Positions 39,194 to 49,780 are shown, numbered from the stretch's first letter. The stretch: 64,000 nt of DNA from an uncultured Gammaproteobacteria bacterium (GCA_963738115.1 CAVTVN010000020.1:9591-73590); one strand, 5' to 3'. A program made the numbers and translations. The notes: generated by a model from the sequence alone, not told the origin.

Positions 39194-39955
39194 ATGAAAA
39201 TTCTGGTGGGCTACAAGCGCGTCGTCGACTTCAACGTGCGCATCCAGGTCAAGCCCGACGGCAGCGGTGTCGTGACCGATGGCGTCAAGCTGTCGGCCAA
39301 TCCGTTCGATGACATCGCACTGGAAGAGGCGCTGCGGCTGCGCGAAAAAGGCATCGCGACCGAAGTCGTCGTCGCGACGATCGGGCCGGCTGAGGCGCAG
39401 GCGCACCTGCGCAACGGCCTGGCGATGGGCGCCAATCGCGCGATCCATGTCGTCACCGCTGCCGGCACCAAGAATGACGCGATCCAGCCGCTGACCGCGG
39501 CCCGCGTGCTGCTCAAGCTGATCGAGAAGGAGCAGCCGCAGCTCGTCATCCTCGGCAAGCAGGCGATCGACGACGACTGCAACCAGACCGGACAGATGCT
39601 GGCGACGCTGTGGCAGCGGCCGCAGGCGACATTCGCGTCAAAGGTCGAGATCGCGAACAACGTCGCGAGGGTCACGCGTGAGGTCGATGCGGGCCTGGAA
39701 ACGATCGAAGTCGACCTGCCGGCCGTGATCACGACCGATCTGCGCCTGAACGAGCCGCGCTTCATCAAGCTGCCGGACATCATGAAGGCCAAGTCCAAGC
39801 CGCTCGAAACGATCGACTTTGCCGGCCTCGGCGTCGAATCCGGCGACCATCTGAAAACCACGGCGTATGCGCCACCAGCCAAGCGCACGAAGGGCGTGAT
39901 GGTGAAGGATGCGGCGGAACTCATCGCCGCGCTGAAGACCAAGGGGTTGATCTGA
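39194..39955 (+). CDS. etfB: Electron transfer flavoprotein beta subunit
   Basis: MKILVGYKRVVD, NPFDDIALEEA, GKQAIDDDCNQTGQM, DLRLNEPR. A -10-like TAGAAT lies at 39143-39148. Confidence 0.97.
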   Translation: MKILVGYKRVVDFNVRIQVKPDGSGVVTDGVKLSANPFDDIALEEALRLREKGIATEVVVATIGPAEAQAHLRNGLAMGANRAIHVVTAAGTKNDAIQPLTAARVLLKLIEKEQPQLVILGKQAIDDDCNQTGQMLATLWQRPQATFASKVEIANNVARVTREVDAGLETIEVDLPAVITTDLRLNEPRFIKLPDIMKAKSKPLETIDFAGLGVESGDHLKTTAYAPPAKRTKGVMVKDAAELIAALKTKGLI

Positions 39956-40905
39956 TGAGCAAGGTACTGATCGTCGCCGAACATCTGAACGGCAAACTCA
40001 ATTCCAGCACGGCGCGTTGCGTGACCTGCGCGCGCGAGCTGAAAGCCGCGTCGATCGATGTGCTCGTGCTGGCCGATGCGACGGACGCGATCGCTGCCGA
40101 GGCGGCGAAGATCGACGGCGTGTCGAAGGTGTTGACGGTCGCCAATGCGGCAAATGCGCATCCACTCGGCGCGGTCTACGCACCGCAGATCGCCGCCGTC
40201 GCCAAGCAGGGTTACACGCACGTGTTCGCGCCGTCGACGACGTTCGGCAAGGACGTCGCACCGTGCGTCGCCGCGTTGCTCGGCGTCGCCCAGGTATCGG
40301 ACATCATGACGGTGGTCGACACCCACACGTTCCAGCGCCCGATCTACGCCGGCAACGCGATCGTCACCGTGCAGGCGCCGGCGGACCAGGTCCTGGTTGC
40401 CACGGTGCGCACGGCCTCCTACGCGGCCGCAGGCGCCAGCGCAGGTGCCGCGCCGATCGAAGCGGCGAATCCCGGGGTCGAACTGCCGACGCATACGCGC
40501 TTCGTCGAACTCGCCCAGGGCAAGAGCGATCGGCCTGACCTGCAGAGTGCGAGCCGCGTCGTCTCCGGTGGCCGCGGCGTCGGCTCGGCCGAAAACTTTG
40601 CGGTCATCTTCAAGCTCGCCGACAAGCTCGGCGCTGCGGTCGGCGCGTCGCGAGCCGCGGTCGACGCCGGCTATGTGCCGAGCGACCTGCAAGTCGGTCA
40701 GACCGGCAAGATCATCGCCCCGGAACTGTACATGGCCATCGGCATTTCCGGCGCGATCCAGCACCTGACCGGAATCAAGGATGCCGGTACGATCGTGGCG
40801 ATCAACAAGGACGGCGAAGCGCCGATCTTCGAAGTCGCCGACATCGGCCTGGTTGGCGATTTGTTCAAGATCATCCCCGAACTCGAACAGGCGCTCGGCG
40901 CCTGA
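39955..40905 (+). CDS. etfA: Electron transfer flavoprotein alpha subunit
   Basis: [40 protein letters not shown]. Confidence 0.97.
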   Translation: MSKVLIVAEHLNGKLNSSTARCVTCARELKAASIDVLVLADATDAIAAEAAKIDGVSKVLTVANAANAHPLGAVYAPQIAAVAKQGYTHVFAPSTTFGKDVAPCVAALLGVAQVSDIMTVVDTHTFQRPIYAGNAIVTVQAPADQVLVATVRTASYAAAGASAGAAPIEAANPGVELPTHTRFVELAQGKSDRPDLQSASRVVSGGRGVGSAENFAVIFKLADKLGAAVGASRAAVDAGYVPSDLQVGQTGKIIAPELYMAIGISGAIQHLTGIKDAGTIVAINKDGEAPIFEVADIGLVGDLFKIIPELEQALGA

Positions 40906-41268
40906 AGATGGTTGGCATGTTCCGCGCGGCGCGGTCAACGCGCCGCGACTTGCCGCGTTGACCGACGGATTGGGTCAGCGCGTAATCCGGGCTCGCAGTC
41001 GCGTGGCGCCAAACGCCTGCACGACGACCGCGCATGTTATAGCCTCATGCGGAGGACTTTCTCGCTGCAGTAGGCCGCCGCAAGGCGTGCCGAGGCTGCT
41101 CCATAGGCCCGCGTTCGGCCCGACGCGACGTGACGAAAGCGTGATGAAAGCGCCCGCGGCGCCTGCGGGTCTACGGATGCGCCCGACGGACGTCGGCGCG
41201 GCAGCGCGCTGCCTTATAATCCTCCTCGAATCACGTCACATATCCACTTGAGGTTAAGGCGCAACAGC

Positions 41269-43224
41269 ATGACCGCACCGATCTGGGAGCCGAGCAAGGA
41301 GCGAACCGATGGCGCCAATATCAGCCGGTTCATGCGTTTCGTGCGCGAGCAGACCGGCAACGAAGACATCCGCCGCAATTCGCCGTTGTATGATTTTTCC
41401 ATTCGCTATCCGGAAAAATTCTGGCAGCTGCTCTGGGAGTTCTGCGGCATCCGCGCATCCGGCGATTTCGACGAAGTTCTGATCGACGGCGACAAGATGC
41501 CCGGCGCGCGCTGGTTCCCCGGCGTGCGCCTGAACTTTGCCCAGAACCTGCTGCGTCACAAGGACGACCGCATCGCTCTGATCGCGCGCAACGAATGGGG
41601 CGACAAGCGCGAGTTCACCTACGCCGACCTGCACGATCAGGTCGGCAAGCTTGCCCATGCCCTGCGCGAAGCCGGTGTCGGTGTCGGCGATCGCGTCGCC
41701 GGCTTCCTGCCGAACATTCCGGAAACCGTCATCGCCATGCTCGCCACGACGTCGATCGGTGCGGTTTGGTCGTCGTGTTCGCCGGACTTCGGCATCAACG
41801 GCGTCGTCGACCGCTTCGGCCAGATCGCACCGAAGGTGCTGTTCACGGCCGACATGTACGGCTATGGCGGCAAGCGCTTCGACTGCCTGACGAAGATCCG
41901 CTCCGTGCTCGAAAAGATTCCGAGCGTGGAGCGGCTGGTCGTGATTCCGTACGGCGGCGACGCGCTGAAACTCGACGGGTTGCGCAATGCGGTCTCCTGG
42001 CCGGACTTCCTCGGCGACGAGGTGCACCCGCTGCATTTCGAAGCGCTGCCGTTCGACCATCCGCTGTACATCATGTACTCGTCCGGCACCACCGGTGTGC
42101 CCAAGTGCATCGTGCACGGCGCCGGCGGTACGCTGATCCAGCACCTGAAGGAACTCGTGCTGCACACGGATCTGAAGCGCGAAGACACGATCTTCTATTA
42201 CACGACTTGCGGCTGGATGATGTGGAACTGGCTCGTCTCGAGCCTCGCCGTCGGCGCCACGATCGTGCTCTACGACGGCTCGCCGTTCCACCCGGACGGC
42301 AACGCGCTCTGGGACCTGGTCGACGAAGTCGGTATCGAGGTGTTCGGCACCAGCGCGAAGTGGATCGCCGCGGTCGAGAAGGCCGGCATCAAGCCGCGCG
42401 AATCACACAAGTTGCTGTCGCTGAAAACGATCCTTTCGACCGGATCGCCGCTGTCCGACGAGAGCTTCGACTACGTCTACCGCGACGTGAAGGAGCGCGT
42501 GATGTTGTCGTCGATCTCCGGCGGCACCGACATCATCTCGTGCTTCGCGCTCGGCAGCCCGGTGCTGCCGGTGTATCGCGGCGAACTGCAATGCCGCGGG
42601 CTCGGCCTCAAGGTCGAGATCCTCAACGACGCCGGCGAGCCGGTGCGCGAGGAAAAGGGCGAGCTGGCGTGCACTGCCCCATTCCCGAGCATGCCGATCG
42701 GCTTCTGGAACGACCCGGACGGCGAGAAATACCACAATGCGTACTTTTCCAAAGTGCCGAATGTCTGGTGTCATGGCGACCATGCACTGCTGACCGAACG
42801 TGAAGGCATCGTCATCTACGGCAGGTCGGACGCTGTACTGAACCCCGGCGGCGTGCGCATCGGCACCGCCGAGATTTATCGCCAGGTCGAACAGCTGCCC
42901 GAAGTGCTCGAATCGATCGCGGTCGGCCAGGAATGGGACAGCGACGTGCGCGTGATCCTGTTCGTGCGCCTGCGCGAAGGCGTCACGCTCGACGATGAGC
43001 TGCGTGCTCGCATCGCCAAGCAGATCCGCGACAACACGACGCCGCGCCATGTGCCGGCGAAGGTACTTCAGGTCGCCGATATTCCGCGTACGATCTCGGG
43101 CAAGATCACGGAGCTTGCCGTGCGCGAAGCGATTCATGGGCGGCCGGTGAAGAATACCGATGCACTGGCCAATCCGCAGGCCTTGGCCTTGTTCGAGGCG
43201 CTGCGGCCGCAGCTGCAGATTTGA
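41269..43224 (+). CDS. Acetoacetate--CoA ligase (acetoacetyl-CoA synthetase)
   Basis: [63 protein letters not shown] 41269; TATAAT at 41215-41220. Confidence 0.95.
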   Translation: MTAPIWEPSKERTDGANISRFMRFVREQTGNEDIRRNSPLYDFSIRYPEKFWQLLWEFCGIRASGDFDEVLIDGDKMPGARWFPGVRLNFAQNLLRHKDDRIALIARNEWGDKREFTYADLHDQVGKLAHALREAGVGVGDRVAGFLPNIPETVIAMLATTSIGAVWSSCSPDFGINGVVDRFGQIAPKVLFTADMYGYGGKRFDCLTKIRSVLEKIPSVERLVVIPYGGDALKLDGLRNAVSWPDFLGDEVHPLHFEALPFDHPLYIMYSSGTTGVPKCIVHGAGGTLIQHLKELVLHTDLKREDTIFYYTTCGWMMWNWLVSSLAVGATIVLYDGSPFHPDGNALWDLVDEVGIEVFGTSAKWIAAVEKAGIKPRESHKLLSLKTILSTGSPLSDESFDYVYRDVKERVMLSSISGGTDIISCFALGSPVLPVYRGELQCRGLGLKVEILNDAGEPVREEKGELACTAPFPSMPIGFWNDPDGEKYHNAYFSKVPNVWCHGDHALLTEREGIVIYGRSDAVLNPGGVRIGTAEIYRQVEQLPEVLESIAVGQEWDSDVRVILFVRLREGVTLDDELRARIAKQIRDNTTPRHVPAKVLQVADIPRTISGKITELAVREAIHGRPVKNTDALANPQALALFEALRPQLQI

Positions 43225-43347
43225 GCGACCGCGCGCCGGCTGCTTCGGCGTGCGGCTGCTGTTATTTCGACACGTGACGATCGGGAGCCTCGTCGACTCC
43301 CGACGCTGCGCCGCCACGTCGGCACGCCTTCTAGTATTCTTGCCGCT

Positions 43348-44799
43348 GTGAACGCCGCCGAACGCCCCGATCCCCAGACGCTGCAGCCCGGCATTCCGCT
43401 GTGCGTCGATCTTGACGGAACCCTGATCCGCTCGGACCTCCTGGCCGAGTCCGCACTGAGCCTGATACGGCAGAATCCGCTGAACCTGCTGCGCTTCGGC
43501 GTTTGGCTGCTGCGTGGCAAGGCGCATCTGAAACGCGAAATCGCCCAGCGCGCAGACATCGACGTCGCTATGCTGCCGTACGAGCCGCGCCTGCTCGACT
43601 GGCTGCGCACGGATGCAGCCGCGCGCCGGCGCATCCTGTGTACCGCCTCGGACCGGAAATTCGCCGACGCCGTCGCGGCGCATGTCGGTGGCTTCGATGA
43701 AGTGCTGGCCAGCGACGGCGTGCGCAACCTGTCCGGTACCGAGAAAGGCGACGAGCTCAGCCGGCGCTTCGGTGAGCGCGGGTTCGACTATGCGGGCAAC
43801 GAGGCGCGCGACTTGCGCGTCTGGAACCGCTCGCGTCGCGCGATCGTGGTCAATGCGTCGCCCGCTCTTGCGCGCCGCGCCGCGCACGTCAGCGAGGTCG
43901 AGCGTGTGTTCGATCGCAGCGGCGGTCACGTTCGCTCCTGGCTCAATGCGCTGCGCCTGCACCAATGGCTGAAGAACCTGCTGGTCTTCCTGCCGCTGCT
44001 CACGGCCCATCTGGTGCTGGTGCCGGATGCACTGCTGCGTTCGCTGCTTGCGTTCTTGAGCTTCTGCCTGTGCGCCTCCGGCGTCTATCTGCTGAACGAC
44101 CTGCTCGATCTCGATGCCGATCGCCGCCATCCGCGCAAGCGCCTGCGGCCATTCGCCGCCGGCACGTTGCCGATCAGCGCCGGTCTCGTCGCCGCGCCCG
44201 TGCTGACGCTCGCCGCATTTGCGCTGGCGCTGGCGATCTCGAAGCTGTTTGCGCTCGCGCTTGCCGGTTACTACGTGCTGACGCTCGCCTATTCGTTCGC
44301 CTTCAAGCGCATTGCCATGCTCGATACCGTCGTGCTGGCCGGGCTGTACACCGTTCGCATCATTGCCGGCGCGGCCGCGCTGCGCATCAGCGTGTCGTTC
44401 TGGCTGCTGGCCTTCTCGATGTTCCTGTTCCTGAGCCTGGCGATGATCAAGCGCTACACCGAACTGCGCGGCTTGCTCATGACCGGCGACAGCCGCAGCG
44501 CCGGCCGCAGTTACTCCGTCGACGATCTGCCGCTGGTGCAATCGCTCGGCGCCACGAGCGGGTATCTGGCCGTGCTGGTGCTCGCGCTGTACATCAACAG
44601 CACCGCCAGCGAACTGCTCTATCGGCACCCGCGCGTGCTGTGGCTGCTGTGCCCGCTGCTCCTGTACTGGATCAGCCGCGCCTGGCTCATTGCGCATCGC
44701 GGCGGCATGCACGACGACCCGGTCGTGTTCGCCCTGATCGACCGGATCAGCCAGCTGCTGCTGGCCATCGCGGTCGTTATAGTCGCCGGAGCGATCTGA
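43348..44799 (+). CDS. HAD-like + UbiA prenyltransferase (polyprenyl-phosphate phosphoribosyltransferase-like)
   Basis: PLCVDLDGTL HAD motif; LRLHQWLKNLLVF, YLLNDLLDLDADRRHPRKRLRP, MHDDPVVFAL. Confidence 0.92.
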   Translation: MNAAERPDPQTLQPGIPLCVDLDGTLIRSDLLAESALSLIRQNPLNLLRFGVWLLRGKAHLKREIAQRADIDVAMLPYEPRLLDWLRTDAAARRRILCTASDRKFADAVAAHVGGFDEVLASDGVRNLSGTEKGDELSRRFGERGFDYAGNEARDLRVWNRSRRAIVVNASPALARRAAHVSEVERVFDRSGGHVRSWLNALRLHQWLKNLLVFLPLLTAHLVLVPDALLRSLLAFLSFCLCASGVYLLNDLLDLDADRRHPRKRLRPFAAGTLPISAGLVAAPVLTLAAFALALAISKLFALALAGYYVLTLAYSFAFKRIAMLDTVVLAGLYTVRIIAGAAALRISVSFWLLAFSMFLFLSLAMIKRYTELRGLLMTGDSRSAGRSYSVDDLPLVQSLGATSGYLAVLVLALYINSTASELLYRHPRVLWLLCPLLLYWISRAWLIAHRGGMHDDPVVFALIDRISQLLLAIAVVIVAGAI

Positions 44800-46091
44800 T
44801 GGCGGCAGGAACGTCCTGGGGCCGCTATCCGCGGGCGACGCAACAAATTATACCTTTATACTGGCGCGACGCGCCCCTGCCGGACGCGGCCGGCAGTGTC
44901 CTCGCCTACGGCAACGGCCGCAGCTATGGCGACGTGTGCCTGAACGACGGCGGCGCGCTGCTGCACACGCGCGGCCTCGACCGCTTCATCGCGTTCGATC
45001 CAGCCACCGGCGTCCTGCACTGCGAGTCCGGCGTGCTGTTCGCGGACATCCTCGCGTTCGCGGTGCCGCGCGGCTGGTTTCCTCCGGTCAGCCCGGGCAC
45101 GCAGTACGTCACCGTCGGCGGCGCCATCGCCAACGACGTGCACGGCAAGAATCATCATCGTGCCGGCACGTTCGGCGAGCATTTGCTCGGCTTCGAACTG
45201 CTGCGCTCCGACGGCTCGCGGCTACATTGCAGCCGCAGCGAGAATGCCGGCCTATTCGGCGCAACGATCGCCGGGCTCGGCCTGACCGGCCTCATCACCT
45301 GGGCAAAATTCGCGCTCAAACGCGTCGCCGGGCCGTGGATGTCGACACAAACCATCGCCTTCAACGGGCTCGCCGAGTTTTTCGACCTGTCGTCGCGGTC
45401 GGAGCACGAGCATGAGTACAACGTCGCCTGGATCGATTGCGTCGGCAGCGGCAAGAGTTTCGGCCGCGGCCTGTTCATTGGCGCCAATCACGCAAACGAT
45501 GCCCGGCCCGTGCCGCGCCCGCGGCCGTTGCGCGTGCCGTTCACGCCGCCATTTCCGCTGATCACCCGCGCGACGCTGCCGGCATTCAATGCCCTGTATT
45601 TCCATGCCACACGGCGCGGCGCGGCCACCGTTCCCTACGTTCCGTACTTCTATCCGCTCGATGCGGTCGACGACTGGAACCGCATCTACGGTCCGCGCGG
45701 ATTCCTGCAATACCAGTGCGTCGTGCCGCAGGCCGACGCGCCGGCGACGATGACCGAGTTGCTGACCACGATCGCCGCCAGCGGCAGCGGCTCGTTCCTG
45801 AGCGTGATCAAGGTGTTCACCGACCGTCCACCGGCTGGTATCCTTTCGTTCCCGCGCGCGGGGACGACATTGGCGCTGGATTTTCCGAATCGCGGCGCGG
45901 CTACCTTCGAACTGCTCGAGCGGCTCGACGATATCGTCGTCGCAGCCGGCGGCGCGGTCTATCCGGCGAAGGATGCACGCCTTCGCGCCGAACGATTCCG
46001 CCGCTATTTTCCGCGCTGGGAAGAAATGCAGGCGTACCTGGACCCGCGCTTTTCGTCGGGATTCTGGCGCCGCGTCACGGGGAAGCTCTGA
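44799..46091 (+). CDS. FAD-linked oxidase, DprE1-like
   Basis: GNGRSYGD, PGTQYVTVGGAIANDVHGKNHH, YGPRGFLQYQ, TLALDF, YPAKDAR. ATG 44799 in a TGATG overlap. Confidence 0.92.
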   Translation: MAAGTSWGRYPRATQQIIPLYWRDAPLPDAAGSVLAYGNGRSYGDVCLNDGGALLHTRGLDRFIAFDPATGVLHCESGVLFADILAFAVPRGWFPPVSPGTQYVTVGGAIANDVHGKNHHRAGTFGEHLLGFELLRSDGSRLHCSRSENAGLFGATIAGLGLTGLITWAKFALKRVAGPWMSTQTIAFNGLAEFFDLSSRSEHEHEYNVAWIDCVGSGKSFGRGLFIGANHANDARPVPRPRPLRVPFTPPFPLITRATLPAFNALYFHATRRGAATVPYVPYFYPLDAVDDWNRIYGPRGFLQYQCVVPQADAPATMTELLTTIAASGSGSFLSVIKVFTDRPPAGILSFPRAGTTLALDFPNRGAATFELLERLDDIVVAAGGAVYPAKDARLRAERFRRYFPRWEEMQAYLDPRFSSGFWRRVTGKL

Positions 46092-46365
46092 ACAAGTCTG
46101 CACAGGCGGCATGATGTCCAGAAGGTCTGCAGGTCGTGTTGCGTGGCGCCGCCCAGGCTGGCTGCCTGGGCAAGACGCGCGGCGCCGGCTGCGGACCTTC
46201 TGGACATCACCCCCGCATTGCATAATAAATCGTTGGGGCCGATCTGTCTGCGCGCAGCTCATCGTTGCGCCGGCTCGACAGACGGCCAGTCTGCCTTCAC
46301 CGTCGCGCCTTGATCTGCACACAGACAGATCGGTGACGCCTATGCAGACTTGTTCAGAGCTTCCC
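46080..46365. mobile_element. MITE-like element (286 bp) with 29-bp IS5-like terminal inverted repeats
   Basis: GGGAAGCTCTGAACAAGTCTGCACAGGCG (46080-46108) matches the reverse complement of 46337-46365 at 28/29 positions; two long internal hairpins; CTAG at the right end; no transposase. Confidence 0.8.
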
Positions 46366-46376
46366 TAGGGCAGTTG

Positions 46377-47117
46377 ATGAAGAAGATCCTGATCATCGGT
46401 GCAACCTCGGCGATCGCCGAAGCCACCGCGCGATTGTTCGCCGCGCGCGGCGATGCGCTGTGCCTGGTCGCGCGCAATGCCGACCATCTGCGCCTGGTCG
46501 CCGCTGACCTCAACGTGCGCGGCGCGATGCGCGCGGAAACGGCAACGCTCGATGTCACCGATTTCGCTGCGCACCAGACCGTGCTCGACACGGCCGAGCG
46601 CCAACTCGGCGGCATCGATATCGTGCTGATCGCGCACGGTACGCTGTCCGACCAAGCGCAATGCCAGACCTCGGTCGAGGCGTTACGCCGCGAATACGAC
46701 ATCAATGCCGTCAGCACAATTGCGCTGCTGACGATCTTGGCCAATCGCCTGGAAGCACAGCGCCACGGCACGCTGGCGGTGATTTCCTCGGTGGCCGGCG
46801 ATCGCGGCCGGCAGAGCAACTACGTGTACGGCAGCGCCAAGGCGGCGGTGACCGCCTTCCTCGGCGGACTGCGACAACGTCTGGCCAAGGCCAATGTCAC
46901 CGTGCTCACGATCAACCCCGGCTTCGTCGATACGCCGATGACCAGCGGCATCGCCAACAAGGGTGCGCTGTGGGCCCAGCCTGACAGGATTGCCGCCGGC
47001 ATCGTCAAGGCAATCGACCGCGGACGCAACATCGTCTACCTGCCCTGGTTCTGGCGCTGGATCATGCTCGTGATCCGGCACATTCCCGAGCCGGTCTTCA
47101 AGAAGCTCAAATTCTAA
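46377..47117 (+). CDS. Short-chain dehydrogenase, DprE2-like
   Basis: ILIIGATSAIA, SSVAGDRGRQSNYVYGSAK, PGFVDTPMT. ATG 46377. Confidence 0.92.
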   Translation: MKKILIIGATSAIAEATARLFAARGDALCLVARNADHLRLVAADLNVRGAMRAETATLDVTDFAAHQTVLDTAERQLGGIDIVLIAHGTLSDQAQCQTSVEALRREYDINAVSTIALLTILANRLEAQRHGTLAVISSVAGDRGRQSNYVYGSAKAAVTAFLGGLRQRLAKANVTVLTINPGFVDTPMTSGIANKGALWAQPDRIAAGIVKAIDRGRNIVYLPWFWRWIMLVIRHIPEPVFKKLKF

Positions 47118-47203
47118 TGTCCCGTCCCGCAAGTTCTATCGAATCATTCCGGCGTTTTTAGCACCCTGTCACGGCGGACGCTGTCAGCACCGTGAAGCGC
47201 CGA

Positions 47204-47920
47204 CTAGAGCCGGAATCCGGCATCCGCCGCATCGCGGTGGAACATCTTGACGGTGTCGAGCGAGTATTCGCTCAGGTCGAATCCGACCAGGCTAAGCTTC
47301 TTCAAGATATCGTTCGTGACCGTGATCACGTGACATCCCACTTGATCTGCGTGGAAGATGTTCAGCAGTTCGCGGGGGCTTGCCCAGATTAGCTCTGCCA
47401 GCGGATTCGGCCGCAGCAGTTCGACGGCGGCCGCCATCAACGGCAGCGGATCGCGGCCGGTGTCGGCGATACGCCCGGCAAATACGGACACGTAGCTCGG
47501 CACGGATGCATCGAGCGCCGCCACCGTATCGCGAACCTGCTCGAGCGTCATCAAGGCGGTGATATTGAGCTTGACCTTGCGCGCCGAAAGATCGCGGATC
47601 AGTGCGTACGACGGTTCGCGCTTCGTGTTCGTGATCGGAATCTTGACGTAAACGTTTTTGCCCCAGCCGGCGATCTCGAGCGCTTGGCGCTGCATTTCGG
47701 CGAAATCGTCCGAGAACACCTCGAACGAAATCGGCTTGTCCGCGATCGCCTGCAGAACATCCAGGGCGAAGGCTTTGTAGTCGGCAATACCGGCCTTGCG
47801 CATCAACGTCGGATTCGTCGTCAGTCCCTTGATGAACGGTTTGGCATACATTTCCAGCATGCCGGCCTTGTCCGCTCCATCGGCAAAGATCTTCACCTGC
47901 AAATCACTGATCGATTTCAT
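47204..47920 (-). CDS. Transaldolase (short type, glycan-locus associated)
   Basis: IFADGAD, GLTTNPTLMRKAG, ISFEVF, VYVKIP, SVFAGRIADTG, IWASPRE. RBS GAGGGAG before ATG 47920. Confidence 0.9.
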   Translation of the reverse strand: MKSISDLQVKIFADGADKAGMLEMYAKPFIKGLTTNPTLMRKAGIADYKAFALDVLQAIADKPISFEVFSDDFAEMQRQALEIAGWGKNVYVKIPITNTKREPSYALIRDLSARKVKLNITALMTLEQVRDTVAALDASVPSYVSVFAGRIADTGRDPLPLMAAAVELLRPNPLAELIWASPRELLNIFHADQVGCHVITVTNDILKKLSLVGFDLSEYSLDTVKMFHRDAADAGFRL

Positions 47921-47928
47921 GTCTCCCT

Positions 47929-48465
47929 CTACGGCGCGTTGTCTGGGACAAGGATATACGGTACGGCTTCGAGCAGCGATTTGACCCGCAGGTCGACATG
48001 CTCCGGCTGCTTTTCCGAATAGGCATAGTCGACAAAGACCGTTCTGCAGCCGGCGTTCTGTCCGGCTTCGACATCGCGCCAGCGGTCGCCGACCATGAAG
48101 CTCGCTGCGAGGTCGATGTGCCACTTTTTAGCCGCGTCGAGGAGCATGCCCGGCTTCGGCTTGCGGCAATCGCAGGCGTCGGCCGCGTCGTGATAGCACA
48201 TGCGGAACTCGTCTATCGGGAGGTCCTGCGCCAACACCGAATTGATCGCCTCGACGGTCGAACGCAACGTCGTGCCGCGCGCGACATCGGGCTGGTTGGA
48301 CACGACGATGACGAGAAAGCCGGCCGACTTGAAGCTCTGCACCGCTTCGCGAACGCCGGGCAGAATCTCCAGTGACTCGACGCTCGCCGGTGGGTACGGC
48401 TTGCCCTCGCGAATTGCCGGCGCGTTGATCACGCCGTCGCGATCCAGAAAGACGGCGCGGCGCAT
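47929..48465 (-). CDS. gmhB: Heptose-1,7-bisphosphate phosphatase (HAD-IIIA)
   Basis: AVFLDRDGVIN, VSNQPD, CYH...CDCRKPKPGML, MVGDRWRDVEAG. Confidence 0.9.
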   Translation of the reverse strand: MRRAVFLDRDGVINAPAIREGKPYPPASVESLEILPGVREAVQSFKSAGFLVIVVSNQPDVARGTTLRSTVEAINSVLAQDLPIDEFRMCYHDAADACDCRKPKPGMLLDAAKKWHIDLAASFMVGDRWRDVEAGQNAGCRTVFVDYAYSEKQPEHVDLRVKSLLEAVPYILVPDNAP

Positions 48466-48478
48466 CAGCGGCGCGGGC

Positions 48479-49777
48479 TCATTTCGCGACCGATTCCCAT
48501 TTGGTCTGGTTGGCCTTGAGCTTCGGATGCGAAACCAGCAGGTGCCAGATGACGGCCTGGAACGCCTCGGAATGCGGCGTGATCGTCTCTGGATTGACGG
48601 TCGGCACGATGACGCAGGCATCCGCAACCTTGGCGGTATAGCCGCCGTCGCGGCCGACGACTCCTGTGACCTTCGCGCCGACTTCCCTGGCGAGTTGCAA
48701 CGCCAGGACGAGATTCGGGCTGACGTTCTTCTCGAGATTGCCGCCGCCGACCGAAAACACGAACAACGCGTCTTTCGCTTGCAGCTTCGAGGTCTTCAAC
48801 CATTCGACGAAGACGCTGGCCCAGCCTTCATCGTTGGTGCGCGCGGTCAGTTCGGAAACGTTATCGGTCGGTGCGTACGATTCGATGCCGACAATCTTGC
48901 GGAAATCGTTCACCGCGTGCGAACAATTGCCAGCGCTACCGCCGACGCCGAGAAAAAAGATCCTGCCGCCGTCGCGCTTCACCGATACGAGCAGGTCCGC
49001 GACTCGCTCGATCGCGCCAACGTCGATGCGCTTGATGATCTCGGCCGCTTCGTCGAGATGCTGCTGGGCATATTGCATGGATTGTCCCTTTGCAAAAAAA
49101 GCGATCGTTTCGGTCAACCCCTCGTGTGAACCGATTTCGTGGAAGCGCTCATGCGCTTCGTAGCCGGCCAATTCACCTCGCAGCGACAACGCGTGATAGA
49201 CGTCGGCCAGGTCGAGGAATCGGTCGCGCGTGCTTTCGCCGAATACGGTCGACGACAGCACGGCGATGCCATAGTCGATGAACTGCATGGACGGCTTCGG
49301 CGTGCGCTTATTGTACTCGACGACGCTCCCGGCCTCATACAAGACGTTGCTCTTGTCCCAGCGATCGGCGTTGTGCAGTACGGTCATCAAGGCCGGCTTG
49401 CCGCTTGCGCGGAACGCGCGCTCGATCGGCGCATAGTCGACCGGCATCCAGGAGTCGCCGTGGGCGACGAAGAATTGTTCGCCGAGCAGCGGCAGAGCGC
49501 GTTGCAGCGCCCCGCCCGTGCCGAGCAACCGTTCGCCGTCATACGAGTAGCGCACGTCGAGGCCGAACGCGGATCCATCGCCAACCGCTCGCTCGATCTG
49601 TTCTCCGAGATGCCCGACGCACAACACCACGCGTTCGAATCCTTGCGCGCGCAAGTACTCGAGCTGGCGGACGATAAACGGCTTGCCCGCTATATCGACC
49701 AGCGCCTTCGGTACGGTCTGCGTGATTGGACGCAGGCGTGTCGCCAGGCCGCCGGCCAGAATCGCGATCGGCAGCAT
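48479..49777 (-). CDS. In-frame HddC-like nucleotidyltransferase + GmhA-like phosphoheptose isomerase
   Basis: aa 1-233: ILAGGLATRLRP, PKAL, LGTGGAL. From internal ATG 49078 (AAGGGA upstream), SIS domain: FFLGVGGSAGNCSHAVND, ELTARTND, PHSEAFQ. Confidence 0.88.
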   Translation of the reverse strand: MLPIAILAGGLATRLRPITQTVPKALVDIAGKPFIVRQLEYLRAQGFERVVLCVGHLGEQIERAVGDGSAFGLDVRYSYDGERLLGTGGALQRALPLLGEQFFVAHGDSWMPVDYAPIERAFRASGKPALMTVLHNADRWDKSNVLYEAGSVVEYNKRTPKPSMQFIDYGIAVLSSTVFGESTRDRFLDLADVYHALSLRGELAGYEAHERFHEIGSHEGLTETIAFFAKGQSMQYAQQHLDEAAEIIKRIDVGAIERVADLLVSVKRDGGRIFFLGVGGSAGNCSHAVNDFRKIVGIESYAPTDNVSELTARTNDEGWASVFVEWLKTSKLQAKDALFVFSVGGGNLEKNVSPNLVLALQLAREVGAKVTGVVGRDGGYTAKVADACVIVPTVNPETITPHSEAFQAVIWHLLVSHPKLKANQTKWESVAK

Positions 49778-49780
49778 GGT

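Noticed and set aside
38864-39197. Short ORFs with MPKLQEQISAG repeats
   Set aside because: The same peptide appears in different frames because the DNA period is 92 then 90 nt; conservation follows hairpin structure, not a reading frame.
41129-41152. Hammerhead ribozyme core (TGATGA...GAAA)
   Set aside because: Lacks the CUGANGA consensus and the required stems.
20777-44712. Long antisense ORFs (e.g. 20777-22729, 32892-34256, 39211-40938, 42403-44712)
   Set aside because: Each mirrors a well-supported gene on the other strand and has no motifs; expected with high GC3.
43965-46091. 708-aa UbiA-oxidase fusion
   Set aside because: The first 278 codons are off-frame within ubiA; the oxidase starts at the TGATG overlap at 44799.
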